Origin: Vicugna vicugna | Lineage: Eukaryota | DNA: 64,000 bases | Assembly: GCA_013265495.1 (NCBI GenBank) | Contig: MU058198.1 | Coordinates: 186,001 to 250,000 of the forward strand | Direction of reading: 5' to 3' | Shown: positions 24,697-37,170 of the stretch, one piece after another | Position numbering within the stretch: the stretch's first letter is position 1 | How the letters are laid out: each line of letters begins with the position of its first letter | The notes under the pieces: model-generated | What the model was told of the DNA's origin: nothing | Databases searched by the model: none | Seen by the model: only the letters and a program-made list of their open reading frames with translations | Made by a program: the position numbers and the translations under genes

Positions 24697-25169
24697 AGAA
24701 TATTACTCAGCCATAAAAAAGAATAAAATAATGCCATGTGCAGCTACATGGAAACATCTGGAGATTGTCATTCTAAGTGAAGTGGGCCGGAAAGAGAAAG
24801 AAAAATGCCATATGATATCACTTATATGTGGAATCTAAAAAAAAAAAAGGACTCAAATGAATCACTTATTATTTATAACTTAGATGGTTGATTTCTTGAA
24901 TATGCATAAGTACAGTTGATTGTCCTTTATGATTGGATTACCACATTCTGTTGATTCTTATTCTGTGGTTAGCCTTATTCCTTTGACAACTATGTAAGTT
25001 TAAAAAGCTAAGACACTAAACTGTTCCTAGAAACAATAATCAGTACATATATGTAAACTAAAAAAAAGTGCAGTATATTGTATATATGCATATACATGCA
25101 ATATATTGTATATGTGCAGTCAAATTGTAACAATTCAACCTAATAAAACTGAAAAATGGAAAAAAAGGA
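24597..25169 (+). mobile_element. L1-headed insertion with an atypical 3' half and a 15-bp TSD
   Basis: TSD ATATAAAGATACATG at 24582-24596 and 25170-25184; L1 ORF2-end/3' UTR to ~24862. Confidence 0.8.
24660..24693. repeat. (CA)n microsatellite; others at ~1131-1158, 46727-46751 and 53160-53182
   Basis: Directly visible dinucleotide runs. Confidence 0.9.
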
Positions 25170-25196
25170 ATATAAAGATACATGCAAGAGGAAGTT

Positions 25197-25590
25197 CATT
25201 GGTAGACTGACTCTTTACCAAAAGTTGGCCCCCTCTTCCCATGGGAGGGTAATACTCTGTCATTTGAACTCAGGCAAGACCAGGTGACTTGTTTGGGTCA
25301 AAAAAAAAAAAAAGTGAGCAGGTCATATGTATCACTTTCTGGCAGAAGCCGTAAGACTTTGTGTGTCTTGTCACCCTCTCTGCTCTGTGCCACCCTGTCC
25401 TGCTGATTTCAGGTAATGGCAGCTCCATCAGCCTGGTTCCTGGACTGAGGATGACATATAGGGCAGAGCCTTAGCTGATCAAGTATGGAAACATATCATA
25501 AGCAAGAAATAAACGTTTCTCGTTTTCAGCTACTAAGACTTGAAATATTCATTACAGCAGCCTAACCTAGCCCATCCTGTCTGAGTTTAT
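25197..25590 (+). mobile_element. MLT1-type LTR
   Basis: GGCAGCTCCATCAGCCTGGTTCC...AGCAAGAAATAAAC...ATTACAGCAGCCTAACCTAGCCCATCCTG. Confidence 0.65.
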
Positions 25591-25664
25591 AACAGTGGAA
25601 ACTGGAAGTAAAGCAAGTATCTGTCAATAGGGAACTAAGTTAATAAATTATGATCCATTTCAAC

Positions 25665-26053
25665 CTGGAGATTGTCGTACTAAGTGAAGTAAGCCAGAAA
25701 GAGAAAGAAAAGTACCGTATATCACCCGCATGTGGAGTCTAAAAAAAATGACACAAATGAACTTATATACAAAACAGAAACAAACTCACAGACATAGAAA
25801 ACAAAGTTATGGTTACAGGGGAAAGGGGATAAATTAGGAGTTTGAGATTTGCAGATATTACTATATATAAAATAGATAATAAACAATAAGTTTCTACTAT
25901 ATAGCACAGGGAATTTTATTCAGTATCTTGTAGTAACCTATAATGAAAAAGAGTATGAAAAGGAATATATGTATATATAAATTTGACTGAAACACTATGC
26001 TGTACACCAGAAATTGACACAACATTGTAAATCTACTATACTTCAATAAAAAA
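25665..26053 (+). mobile_element. Young 5'-truncated L1 with a ~23-bp TSD
   Basis: AATAAATTATGATCCATTTCAAC (25642-25664) versus AATAAATTATGGTCCATTTCAAC (26054-26076), one mismatch. Confidence 0.85.
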
Positions 26054-26124
26054 AATAAATTATGGTCCATTTCAACAATAGTCTATTAGTGTAGCCCTTG
26101 CAAAAAAAAAAAAGTCTATCTTGA

Positions 26125-26217
26125 TTTTTTGTTTGTTTTTTTAGTGGAGGTACTGGGCATTAAACCCAGGACACTGTGCATGCTAAGCACGCACTCTATT
26201 GAACTATTTCCCTACCC
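26125..26217 (-). mobile_element. Vic-1-like SINE (short, diverged)
   Basis: GGAGGTACTGGG...AAACCCAGGAC...GCATGCTAAGCACGCACTCTA antisense SINE body. Confidence 0.75.
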
Positions 26218-27424
26218 ACATCTCTGTTTCTGAGGTGGAAAACTGACCATACTGTTAAGTGAAGGAAAGGCGTTGTGGAACAGTTTATTCAGTATGATCA
26301 TATGGTTGTGAAATAATTTATAGACATATGTCAGTATGTGCATAGGGAAGCAGCCACTGGAGGACTAGGTACCAAACTGTCGTCAGCAGCTATCTGTACA
26401 TTTAAGATTTCTGCACTGTTTGGCTTTTTCCAGGTTCTGAGTCAAGATTTCCCTCTGCTCTGGGCTGGATCCGTTTCATCTGTCATTTGGCAGCTAGACT
26501 GGATTATGCAAATTGACTTTCCCCTTGGATGAATTGGACAATCTACAAGGTTAAGTCTGGAGGCAAACACGTGGACCTGTTAAGTGAAGACAGGCTAGTA
26601 AATAAGGCAATTTGAGTAGCATTCCTGGAATTTTTTCCAAAGGCACAGAATGTAATTAGTACTCATCTTAATTCCCAGTGTAAACAATGGTGATTACAAA
26701 CTGATGAAGACTTAGATGGTTTCTGCGCCTCCATTTGTCAGTTATGATCTGGGGTAATTGTTTTCACTGAGTAGTTTTAACAACAAGGAGGAAACAGGTT
26801 GGGGGTGAGGGGTTTGTCTCATTCGTCTTTAAATCCTCAGTACCTGTCTCCGGCTTGGCGCAGGGTAGGTATTCAATGAATGTGATTCAGAAAATGTCTT
26901 TCCAATAATAATTAGTATTTCAAAGAATACCTATTTTATTTAAAATATTATCATACATTGAAATTGACCTTTTTTGGTGTGCAGATCTCTGAATTTTAAC
27001 ACATGCGTAGATTTCTGTAACCACCATCACAATCAGAATGCAGAACTGTTTCATCACCCCAAAATACTCCGTTGTGCCTTCCTTTTATAATTACATTCTC
27101 CCCTCACCCCTAACTCCTAGCAAACACAGGAATGTTGTGTCACTACAGATTTATCTTCTCAAGAATGTCATGTAGATGTGATCATCTATAGGTGGGCTTT
27201 CGAGACTGACCTCTGTCACTCAGTTTTGTATGACCCAGTAGTGTTCCTCAATAACGCTGTATTTTGAGCACCTACTATATGCCAGGCTCCATGCTAGATA
27301 CTGGGGACAAAATGAAAGACAGGGCGGATAATGGTTCCAAAGGGTTTGACTTACAGACATTCACAGTAGAGTCATAGAATGTCCGAGTCCTAAGGGGGAG
27401 CGCAGAGATAATCTAATCTTTAGC

Positions 27425-27570
27425 TACTCAAAGTGTGGTCTGTGGACCAGGAACCTCAGTATCCCTGAGAACGTCTTAAAAATGCAGAACCTCAGACCAA
27501 CTGAATCACAGTCCACACATTAACAAGAGTCGCAGGTGCATTCCTCTGCAACATTCAACTTTGAGAAGCC
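27425..27570. mobile_element. MER5A-like MITE
   Basis: CTACTCAAAGTGTGGTC...AAATGCAGAACCTCAG...TTTGAGAAGC. Confidence 0.7.
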
Positions 27571-30401
27571 TCACCTTGCCCTCCATAGAGTGCAGAAATT
27601 CCTACCCACTGCCCGATATCCCTCAGTCTTGGCATGAACACCTTCAGTCACAGGGTCTGATCCTGGGCTTCAGCAGCCAGCCCGTTCCATGATGAGCACC
27701 TCAAATTATTTGCAGTTTTTCTTAGTCTAAATGGAAGTTTGCTTTTGTATAAATGCCACTCTGCACAGTTCTCGTTCTGACTTTTGGGTCAATCCCAAAC
27801 ACACATATTCTTCTTTTACTTAATATCTCTTTGGTTATTTACAGAATTCAGGTTATTTCCTCCAGGCGAAACATTTCCAGATGCTACGGTGATCCTTTAT
27901 ATTCATTTATTCATCCACTTAGAATATTTTTTATGGGTACCTACTACATGCAGTCACTGAACTTGACTTATCTCAAAAAACAGTTGACAGAGTTAAAATG
28001 GGTTAACTGGATGTTACACTGCTGAGAATTTCTGATAAGGTATAAATGATGGAAAGTTTCCAAAGAAACATTTAATACGGATACAAGGACTGGAAGACAC
28101 AGCCCAAGTGCCAGTTAGGTGACCACAATATACCCTCAGAGGGAGGCTGCGGCTGGTACTCAGCACCAGACGATTGTTCTCACACAGGAATTAAGTTCCA
28201 CTCTTGAATAATCTTCCGATTTTTCAAGACGAATCAGAAATGTGGATTTTGATGTGAGTTTTCTGATTTTTTTGGATGTATGCAATTATACCGCCAGGGT
28301 TATCAACTGCTAACAGAATCTTCTCAGGATGTCTTAGCGGATCAAGGGTTCCTGGGAAAGGTATATGAAGTGGCTCAGAAAGTTGACTGTGAGTTGAGGA
28401 ACTGGGCTCAGGAAACGGGCAAGAACCATGAGAGGGCCAGCAGCTGGGAACTCAGTCAGATCACGTTGAGGGAGCAGGCTGGTAAAAAGCTAACACTGGC
28501 ACCACTGCCGCGGGACAGTGAGCAATGCCCCTCTAGACCATCAGTCCCAATGCCTTTGGCATCTTCCAGCTGCCCCCTGTGTTCAGAATATGGGGTGTGT
28601 GCTTCAGTTGGCAACACCTGGGTTGCATGTCCCAGCACCCTGGTTTTCAGGGAACTGAGAGCCTGCATATCTGCCCTTTTCTAATGTTTTGAAATGGGAT
28701 AAAGACTTATTTGGTGAGTTTAAATAAAGAGAGTTGAACACAGCAACTGTATTAAGATTGCTTTTGGCTGCAAGATACTACAAACAGCTTAAAACACAGG
28801 GACACAAGAAACCAGAGCCTGGTTGTCACAGAGCTGATTCAGTAATTCCTCAGTGTAATCAAGGACCAAGCTCTTTCTACACAGACATCCTTCACATCCT
28901 GGCTTTTTTGGCCCTTAGGCTTGTTGTCTTATGATCATAAGAAGACTACCACAGTTCCAACATCACATCTGCATTCCAGTTGCAAAGAATAGGATGGGAT
29001 AGCATCCCTGAATGCTCCTCATGAGGGTGGACAAAAACCCAGCAGGTCTTGACTTCATGACCTTAAATTGACTTCATGACCTTGATTTTATGGGCCAGAT
29101 TTTGGTCGTGTGACCACATTTAGCTTCAAGGTGGGCTAGGACAGTGAGTACCTGACTTTTTTCCTTTACTTTTCCTTAGATTTTTTTTTATTTTCCTTAT
29201 TTTTAGTAACTTTATTTTGAAACAATTTCAAACACAGCAAAGTTGCAAGAATAATATAAAGAATGTCCATATATTCTTCACCCACATTCCTCAATTAACT
29301 TTTTGCCACATTTGCTTTACAATTCTCTATTCTTCTGAGTTATTTAAAAAATAAGTTGTAAACAGAATGCTCTTAACCTCTACAGATTTCAGAGTGTATT
29401 TCTCAAGTACAAGTTTATTCTTATATAAAACCACAGTAGAATAATCAAAATCAGGATATGACACATAAATACAAGTATCTGGCTTTTTTCAGTCTCTGTA
29501 GTGGGTGTGGGCAGAGAGAAGGGAGCTGGGAATAGCCATTGGGGTAACCAACCGATTACAGCAACTAACTTTTTAAAAGTTTCCATCATATAGAGCAAAC
29601 AGTGTCTATAAACCATATCTACCCTGAAAGCTCAATTTGCCTTAACTGCTCTAAACTTCTTGCTGAACTTTCTTTTGATTAGAATAGAGAATGTCTGTGC
29701 AGCATACATTTGCACTCTTCATACTGATGTCATTTACTCTCGAAATGGTGTTGGAATAGCATCTATCGGAGATTACAGGCAAGTCTGGTGAAAGAGTATT
29801 ATTCTCTACAAATTTTCACTAAGTAGATTAAAAATGGACATTTTTTCCCTTCAATTCCCTTTTAATGTCAATTTTCTGAAAATGTCCCTAAATGATACAA
29901 TTATACTGCTTTAATTCTCACAATTTATAATGAAATCAGAGGATAAAGGGGATATTGAGAGTTCCTCATTTTCTCCCAGCAAAATTAAATTCAAATTACG
30001 CCGGAGAAATAGGAGGCAGTACACGCGGAGTAGTATTTTTATATTATCCTTTTTAATGAAATTGAGGATAGAAAGTGTTTAAATGTAGGTGCGGCAGGGG
30101 GCTGGCCTCTGGTCTACCTGCGGGTGCGGGAATAGCTGTGTGTGATTGGTTAACGAGTCAGGGATGGAACAGCGGTTAGAAAGGAGTTGGGGAAGGGGGC
30201 TGGCAGTGAGTTATCAAATGCAGAGAGAGAGAGACACTTTGACTATATTCCGTCCTTTGCTCACCTAAAACCGCGCCCCCTCCCGTCATCTTTCATAGAT
30301 GTGCCACAGGTTCCGAGCTCTGGGCTAAAAGTTTAAGCACGAGATATGAAGGAATGAGAAACAGTACAGCTGGTTTCTCCACTCTGACAGGGAAGGAGTT
30401 C

Positions 30402-30539
30402 TTTATTTTTAATTTTTACCTTTTTGTGGGAGGGGGTAACTAGGTTTACTTATTTATGTTGAGGGGAGGTGCTGGGGCTTGAACCCAGGACCGTATGCAT
30501 GCTAAGGATGCGCTCTGCCGCTTGAGCTATACCCTCCCC
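30402..30539 (-). mobile_element. Vic-1-like SINE
   Basis: Antisense body ending TGAGCTATACCCTCCC; degenerate GGGAAGGA flanks. Confidence 0.85.
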
Positions 30540-31428
30540 ACTGCTGGGAAGGAAGTCTCATTAGAAGTGGGGTCTCAGGGTTGGTGGACCTGAGCAAGCC
30601 CTTTGCCCACAGAGGGGTGGGCAGCACAACCAAGGGTCCCGGCATGCTGACCAGAAAAAGAGCATCAAGAATTGGGTTCAAGGAGTGACACGCAGATGGA
30701 AAGGAGAAAAATCAGCCCCCACGTTGGAAAACACTCTGCGAGTGAAAGGCGTGTTGAAGACTTGGTAATATACATGTTAGAGTTAACAGTGAGACAGTTA
30801 AAATAATAACTTCTCTAGTCTCTTCTAGCTGCAGGTGTTGTGTTTCGTGTGAGAATACAGCTTCTCTGCTCCTGGGAGAACCCCTGCTGTTCCCAGAGAT
30901 GCTGAGAACCAGAGTCTGAAGTGGGGTGGCCTGATGAGGCTAAGATTTATATTTCAAGGGGAACCGGGAGCCTGGCTACATCCCCCACAGAATCAAGAAA
31001 GTATTTTTACTGCCACGTGTTTCTGAGACAGTCTCCCAGGAAAAAAAGGCTGGAATTTATTGAGCTCACCGATGCCAATTATCCAGAGTGGATGTGATCC
31101 AGAAGCAAGATAAGGATCAATAGGGGTTGGCTGGGACTCGGCCTTCTTTCCAAGTGAAAGGAATAAAATCTCTGATTAGCTCTGAAAATAAAAGTTAAGC
31201 AAAACCTCAGGGAATCACAGACAGTTCTTTGCTATCTACAACGTTTTTTAAAAAAGTTTAAACAATGTTAAGATTTTCCTGCGCGGGCCTCAGACACCAG
31301 TGTTCACACTGAAACTGAACATCACATTCAAAGCACCTGCAAGCCGTATGTGCACCAGCAGGGCTTTGGGACCGTCAGGTGGTGCCGGTGGGCGTGTTCG
31401 ATCCCCATCTGCTACCACGTGAGGCCAC

Positions 31429-31452
31429 TGTGGTGGTGGTGGTGGTGGTGGT
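31429..31452. repeat. (TGG)n microsatellite
   Basis: Directly visible trinucleotide run. Confidence 0.85.
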
Positions 31453-33234
31453 AAAATACATATAATATAAAATTTACCTTTTTATTCTAAATGCCCCTGA
31501 CTTGTACACAATATCCATTCTATTACTAATTGCTTTATTGTAATAGGATTTTGGTTAAAATGAGTCCATGTGGCAGAATCTTCATATCCATCCACCAAAG
31601 CCAAGAGCAAGATTGAAATGGACATGTAGTGTTTCTGCTATCATGGTTTTAATAACGTTAAGAGTATTTAGCGTGCACTGGTGTCTTAAACCTTTACATA
31701 TTTTAACTAATTAGTATGTGGGAAATATTAATAGCCCCACTTTACAGATGAGGTCACTGAGATTAACTCAGGAGTCTGAAGGACCGTACAGTTTGAACCC
31801 AGATGGGCTCTGAAGTCTGTACTTAGCCAGTAGGATACCTGCAACAATTACTTCTGTATCATTCCCGCCACTGTCACTGATTGACGGCTGACTGCGTGCC
31901 CTTGTCTATATGAGGGTACATATATACCCCCTGAGGCCAGATCTGACAGTCAGCAAGGTAGGCACAGTCACTGCCTTTTTTTTTTTTTAAGTAAAAGAGG
32001 AAACAAGTTCAAGACGGTAAGTGCACAAAGCCATAGGCAGTGGCAGAACCTGGATTTGACCTGATTCCTCTACTCTGACTCCTTACTCCTTACTGCCACT
32101 GTTGATGGACTTAACTAATGGAAAGTCGCACCCTGAACCTTGTAAGGGAAGCAGGAAGATACTCACCAGAAAGATGTCTGGGCCTGCTTTGAAACCCAGC
32201 ATCACTACCCACTTGGGGACCAACTCAAAACCAATTCCAGGGAGAGAAAGATATTGACTGACTCACTGCTTGTCCTTCTATGGGTGCTGTCATCAGGGTT
32301 GGACCAAGACGTGTGGGCACCTGACAAGCTAATGACATAGTGTCCTGTTGAGTCAGGTGGTCAGGATTAAAAATCTGGCTCCATCACCTACCAGGTTTGT
32401 GACTTGAGAAAGTCATTGGATTTCTGTGCCTCAGTTTCCCCATCTGTAAAATGGCAACAATAAATAGTAGCTACCTTGTAGAGTTGTCATGAAGATTAAA
32501 TCATCTGTCCATATAGTAAGAGCCCTGTAAATCATTGTAAAAAAATAATGACAAATTTCTCTATCTGGTTAGATCTCTAGGGATATTTTAGCACCACGCC
32601 TGTGGTTTGGCACTGAATGTCCCATCCCTTAATCCATTTCAGGCTGCAGCCTGGACACTTTCCAAGCCCCAGACACTTTGCTAATCAGGATCTTATCATG
32701 TCTCAGTCTGGGCTCTCCCAGACCAGGCAGGGAGCCCCTGGGTCCTACCGGCCTGCTGCCACTGTCTGCGTGGCTCTTAGCTGGGGAGACAGAAACCATA
32801 TCTTTCCCAACGATGCTGGAAATTAGTTTAGCACTGTCTGCCAGTGTGCAGTGACTCAGAGGCTGCCAGCCCAGCAGGGCTCATGGGCTTTGGGGTTTGA
32901 ACAAGATTGATGTTGTCATGAATGCCAAGCAGAGAGCGAGAGCTGCAGGGCAGGGAGGCGGGGAGAGGCAGGGCCTTCTGTTTGTCTCATGTTCCCCTTC
33001 CAGGTGAGCTGAGGTTCCAGGCAGCAAGGCTGCCTCAGCTCCTCGCCATGAAGGTAGAGAAGCCAGAGAGCTCTGAGGAGAGGTGTTAGGGTGCGGGGGA
33101 AAGCCAGCAGCTGCTTGGACTAATGTGAGGTGGACATCCTGACCTTGTCCCTTACTGTGTGACCTTGAGCAAGTAGTTTAAGCTCTCTGAGCCCCCATCT
33201 CCTTGTCAGTCAAATGGATATAATAGTCTTATTG

Positions 33235-34205
33235 ATATTCTCCAGTTGGCTTTGGAGAAGCCAGCTGCCATGTGTGGAGAGGGCTACATGGCAGGGAGCA
33301 GTGGGCAGATTTTAGGAGCTCAGGGCTTCAGACTTACAGCTCCAAGGAGCTCTGTTAACAACCAATAAAATTTGGAAGAGGACTCCAGCCTCAGATGAGA
33401 CCACAGCCCCAACTGACACACCTTAATTTCAGTCAGGCGGGACCCAGAGCCATGTGTGGACTTCTGACCCACAGAAGCTGTAAGATGATAAATTTGTGTT
33501 GATTTAAGCCACTACGTTTACGGTAATTTGTCATGCAGCAAAGAAAATTGTTACTCTGCCTTTTCAAATTGTGCTTAGAAATCCTGTGATAAATATGTAA
33601 TAATATAAAATTTAAATTGCATCAAAGATAACATGAAAGTCACTATCTACAAACTAAAACAAAACAGCACCCATTCATTAGCTCACCTTTCCAAAGGTCA
33701 GAGAAGTCAGGCAGGCTTGGCTGGATTCATTGCTTAGGGTCAAATCAAGCTGCTGGCTGGGCTGAGCTTTTTTCTGCAGGCCCCGATCAAGAGTCCACTG
33801 CCAAGCTCAATCAGGTGGATGGGGTAATTCAGTTCCCTGTGGTTGTAGGACCGAGTCCAGTCTCCTGCTGGCCATCAGCCGGTGCCAGTCTCACCTCAAG
33901 CATCCTCTCCTTCTTCAAAGCCAGAAGTGGTACATCAAATATCTGTCTTACTTGGATTCTCTCTGATTTCCTTTTCTGCTGCTCTGCTTCTAAAGCACTC
34001 GTGTGATTAGATTAGGCCCACCTGGAAAAATCTCTCTTTTTATGAACCCAAAGTCAACTGATTAGTAACCTTAATTACATCTGCAAAATCAATTTTGCTA
34101 TATAACCTAACATAACCATCAATGTGCTGTCTCACCATATTCACGGAGAGGAGACCATACAGGGATGAGGATCATTGTGGGGTCATTCTTAGAATTCTGT
34201 CTGCC
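33235..34205. mobile_element. Two MLT1-type LTR relics
   Basis: AGCCAGCTGCCATGT...CAGATGAGACCACAGCCC...TTTAAGCCACTA; GATTAGATTAGGCCCACCTGGA...AACCTTAATTACATCTGCAAAATC. Confidence 0.65.
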
Positions 34206-34449
34206 AATATGAGCCTGTATCTGTCTTTTCTAAGTCCTGGTTCTTCCATTTTCCCTTCCTTCCTATGAGATGTCCTATGTGCTTTCCATAAATTTTTGCT
34301 TCTTTGCTTGAGATAGCCATTGTTTGTTTCTGTGGCTTAAAGCCCCAAACCCTGACTAGTCCATCTCCATTTGCCAAGATTTCCATCTGCATAATTTCAC
34401 TTTGATTCATTCTGTCCACTGTGAGGTGAGCATCATTATGCCCATTTTA

Positions 34450-34612
34450 TTATTTTTCTTTTTTTTTTTTTTTGCTTTTTTGTTTGTCTTATGTGGGGGA
34501 GGTAATTAGGTGTATTTATTTATTTATATTTGGAGGAGGTACTGGGGATTGAGCCCAGGACCACGTGCATGCTAAGCATGTGCTCTGCCACTTGAGCAAT
34601 ACCCTCCCCCTC
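34450..34612 (-). mobile_element. Vic-1-like SINE with a 16-bp TSD, inserted in a MIR-like relic
   Basis: TSD CATTATGCCCATTTTA at 34434-34449 and 34613-34628. Confidence 0.9.
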
Positions 34613-35524
34613 CATTATGCCCATTTTAGAAACAAAGAGCTTGAGAGGCAATAATTGTGTGTCTAAGATCACATATTATAAGTCTGAGTTGAGGACTTGA
34701 GTCTTATGACCTCAGAACCTTCTAGGTCAGCTGGACTTAGATGTGGTGGCTGAGAGGACCACTGAGGAAAGTCAGGGGTGGACTGGGCTAAGGCTGTCTC
34801 ACACTCAGAGGGATTGGGGGGAGACAGGGGTAGGGGAGCCTCTGGCTACCCCAACTCAGAGACCAAACATGGTGCTGTCTCCTCAGACTAACTCCAAGGC
34901 AATTTAGGAACAGCTGGGATAAGAAGCAGGAATTTACTTCCCCAGGGTCAGCCTTAAGGCAGCTTCTACACCAACTGAGAGGTGGGCTGAGAATCCAGGG
35001 AAACAAACTGAATCTGAAATCCAGGGAAATCTGCACAGCCTCTGGCCCTGCTCCCCCAACCAGCAGGTCTCTGCTGAGGGCCAGCTCCCTCCTTAGGTGT
35101 TTTGTGTGCGAGAGTATAATCTTGAAGCTCCAAGGCAGCCCTTACAGAGAGACATTCCTACCCATTTTTCAGTTGGGGTCCTGAGGCACAAAGCAGTAAG
35201 GTAACTTATCAAACCAGTTGCCTGTGCGAATTCCACTAAATGGTTGGCACCTAAAGTTTGAGCATCTTTCCCTGGAGATTTATACGGAGTGAGAACCTTC
35301 TTTTGGTTTACACTAGAGCAGAAGTCAGCTGACTTTCTCCATCAAAGTCCAGATAACCTGGTGATTCAGTTATACACACACAAATATCTATTCTTTTTCA
35401 TTATAAGTTACTACAAGATATTGAATATAGTTTCCGCTTATTATTTTAACTACATAGCAATTTAGCACTTAGCGCAGGGCTGTCACATGGTGATAAATGA
35501 CAAGATATTCATGATAACTAATAT

Positions 35525-35760
35525 AATTATATGACAATATTGATAATAGCTAATACTTGTTGATCATTTACAAAATGCCTAGTACCATTTTAAGTGCTTT
35601 TACATGTGTTAACCTATTTAGTCTTCACAACAACCCTAAGAGGTAGATACTAATACTGTTGCCAATTGATAGATGAGGAAGCTAAGGCACAGACAGGTTA
35701 AGCAACCAGCCCAAAGTTGCACAGCCAGTGAGTAGAGGAGCTGAGAGTTGAACCCAGGCG
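35525..35760 (-). mobile_element. MIR
   Basis: GTCTTCACAACAACCCTAAGAGGTAG...AGATGAGGAAGCTAAGGCACAGA...TTGAACCCAGG. Similar MIR relics occur at ~32.4, 40.4, 40.9, 43.25, 56.4-56.9, 58.5, 59.0 and 63.1 kb. Confidence 0.75.
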
Positions 35761-36929
35761 GGCAGATTTGTCCTCATTTGTGCCCCTAGATCCAGTTGCT
35801 GCCCCTCTCTGCTCAGCTCTGTGCTCCAGGAGGCTGACCTTTACCATCTGATTTCCTTGTCCCCTGGACTCCAGCTGGGTTCAGCCAGTGGGATAGTTTG
35901 GAGGCAGGAGAAGAGAGGTTTGGTTGTATCTCACCCCTCCTACCCCCACCCTCCTGGGCTGCGGTTCTGGCAGCTCTGTTCCTTCCCAGCCACAGACGGC
36001 TCCGTCTAGTCCCCTCTTCCACCACTTTGGCTCCCCCCGGCCTCTGGAGACACACCCCCCACCCCGCCCCGTGCTTGTCCCATTCAGGGTGTTTCTGCTA
36101 GGCATGCAGGGCAGATGTGAAAGCATCGAGGTACAGGAGTTAGAAGCGTGGCAAGTGCTGTCCCTGGATCCATCCATACCTTGATTTTTGACTTTGTCAC
36201 TTACATGAGCCAACAAATTTCCTGCTCTTTTGCTGAAGCTAGTTTAGATGTCAATTTCACTCAAAAAAGAATCACATGGTTTAAAGGCAGATTGAAGACT
36301 AAGAAATCAGACATCTTAATATCCAGGCCAGTGTTTTTTCCAGCATCTCTGAGTGTGCTCAACTGTGTCTCAAATACATGCCCCGTGTCCCCTGGACTAC
36401 AAGAAACAGTGGATGACATGACTCAGTGGAGATCATAATGGCATCTGGCTGATCAACCACAGCCTCGCAGCCCTGCCCAATGGGAGAACAGAGGAGCTGT
36501 GATGTGCTCAGTGAAGGCAGCTAGCCTGTCAGCAGAGGCTGGGCACCTGTATCTTCATTCCATTTTCCCCAGGTTGACAGATTAAAATTCCAGAAATGTG
36601 CACCTGTTTTGTATTCAGAAGATTGTTTTTGTGCATAAAGAGACGACTTGAGGCCCTGTAAGCAAAGACTAATGGAGCTGAGTCAAAGTCTGGGAATTTG
36701 ATGAATGAACGTCCTTAGATGGAGATGGCTCGTGGGCGTGGACTCACAGAGCAAATGCTGTGGGGTTGTAATGACACTGCAGTTAAAAAGTGCTTTCCCA
36801 TCCTTCAGGGTCTGCTATCAAAACAAAGCAGATACTCAGCCTTTCCAGAAGGCATTTCCCAGGGGCCAGAAGTTCCCCGAATGCAGGAGAAAGAGGGAGA
36901 CATCACACTGTCTTGGTTACACAAGTGTC

Positions 36930-37170
36930 ATGAGGGTGGAGTCCCCATGGTGGGATGAGTGTCCTTATGAGAAGAGGAAGAGATCAGAGCCCTCAGAGAA
37001 GAGAAGAGAGAAGGTGACCATCTGCAGATCAGGAAAGAGCCCTCCCCAGAACCTGGCCATGCTTACACCCTGATTTTGGGCTTCCAGCCTCCAGAACTGC
37101 AAGAAATAAATGTCTGTTGTTTAAGCCTCTCAACCTATGGTGTTTTGTTATAGCCGCCTGAGCTAAGATA
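36930..37170 (+). mobile_element. MLT1A-like LTR 3' part
   Basis: CTTCCAGCCTCCAGAACTGCAAGAAATAAATGTCTGTTGTTTAAGCC...TTTGTTATAGC. Confidence 0.75.

Noticed and set aside
29049..29083. Direct repeat TTGACTTCATGACCTT x2; similar pair CATTGARCACGGCTCC at 37714-37747
   Set aside because: Two-copy local tandem duplications with 2-3 nt gaps; no array or spacer structure, so not CRISPR-like.
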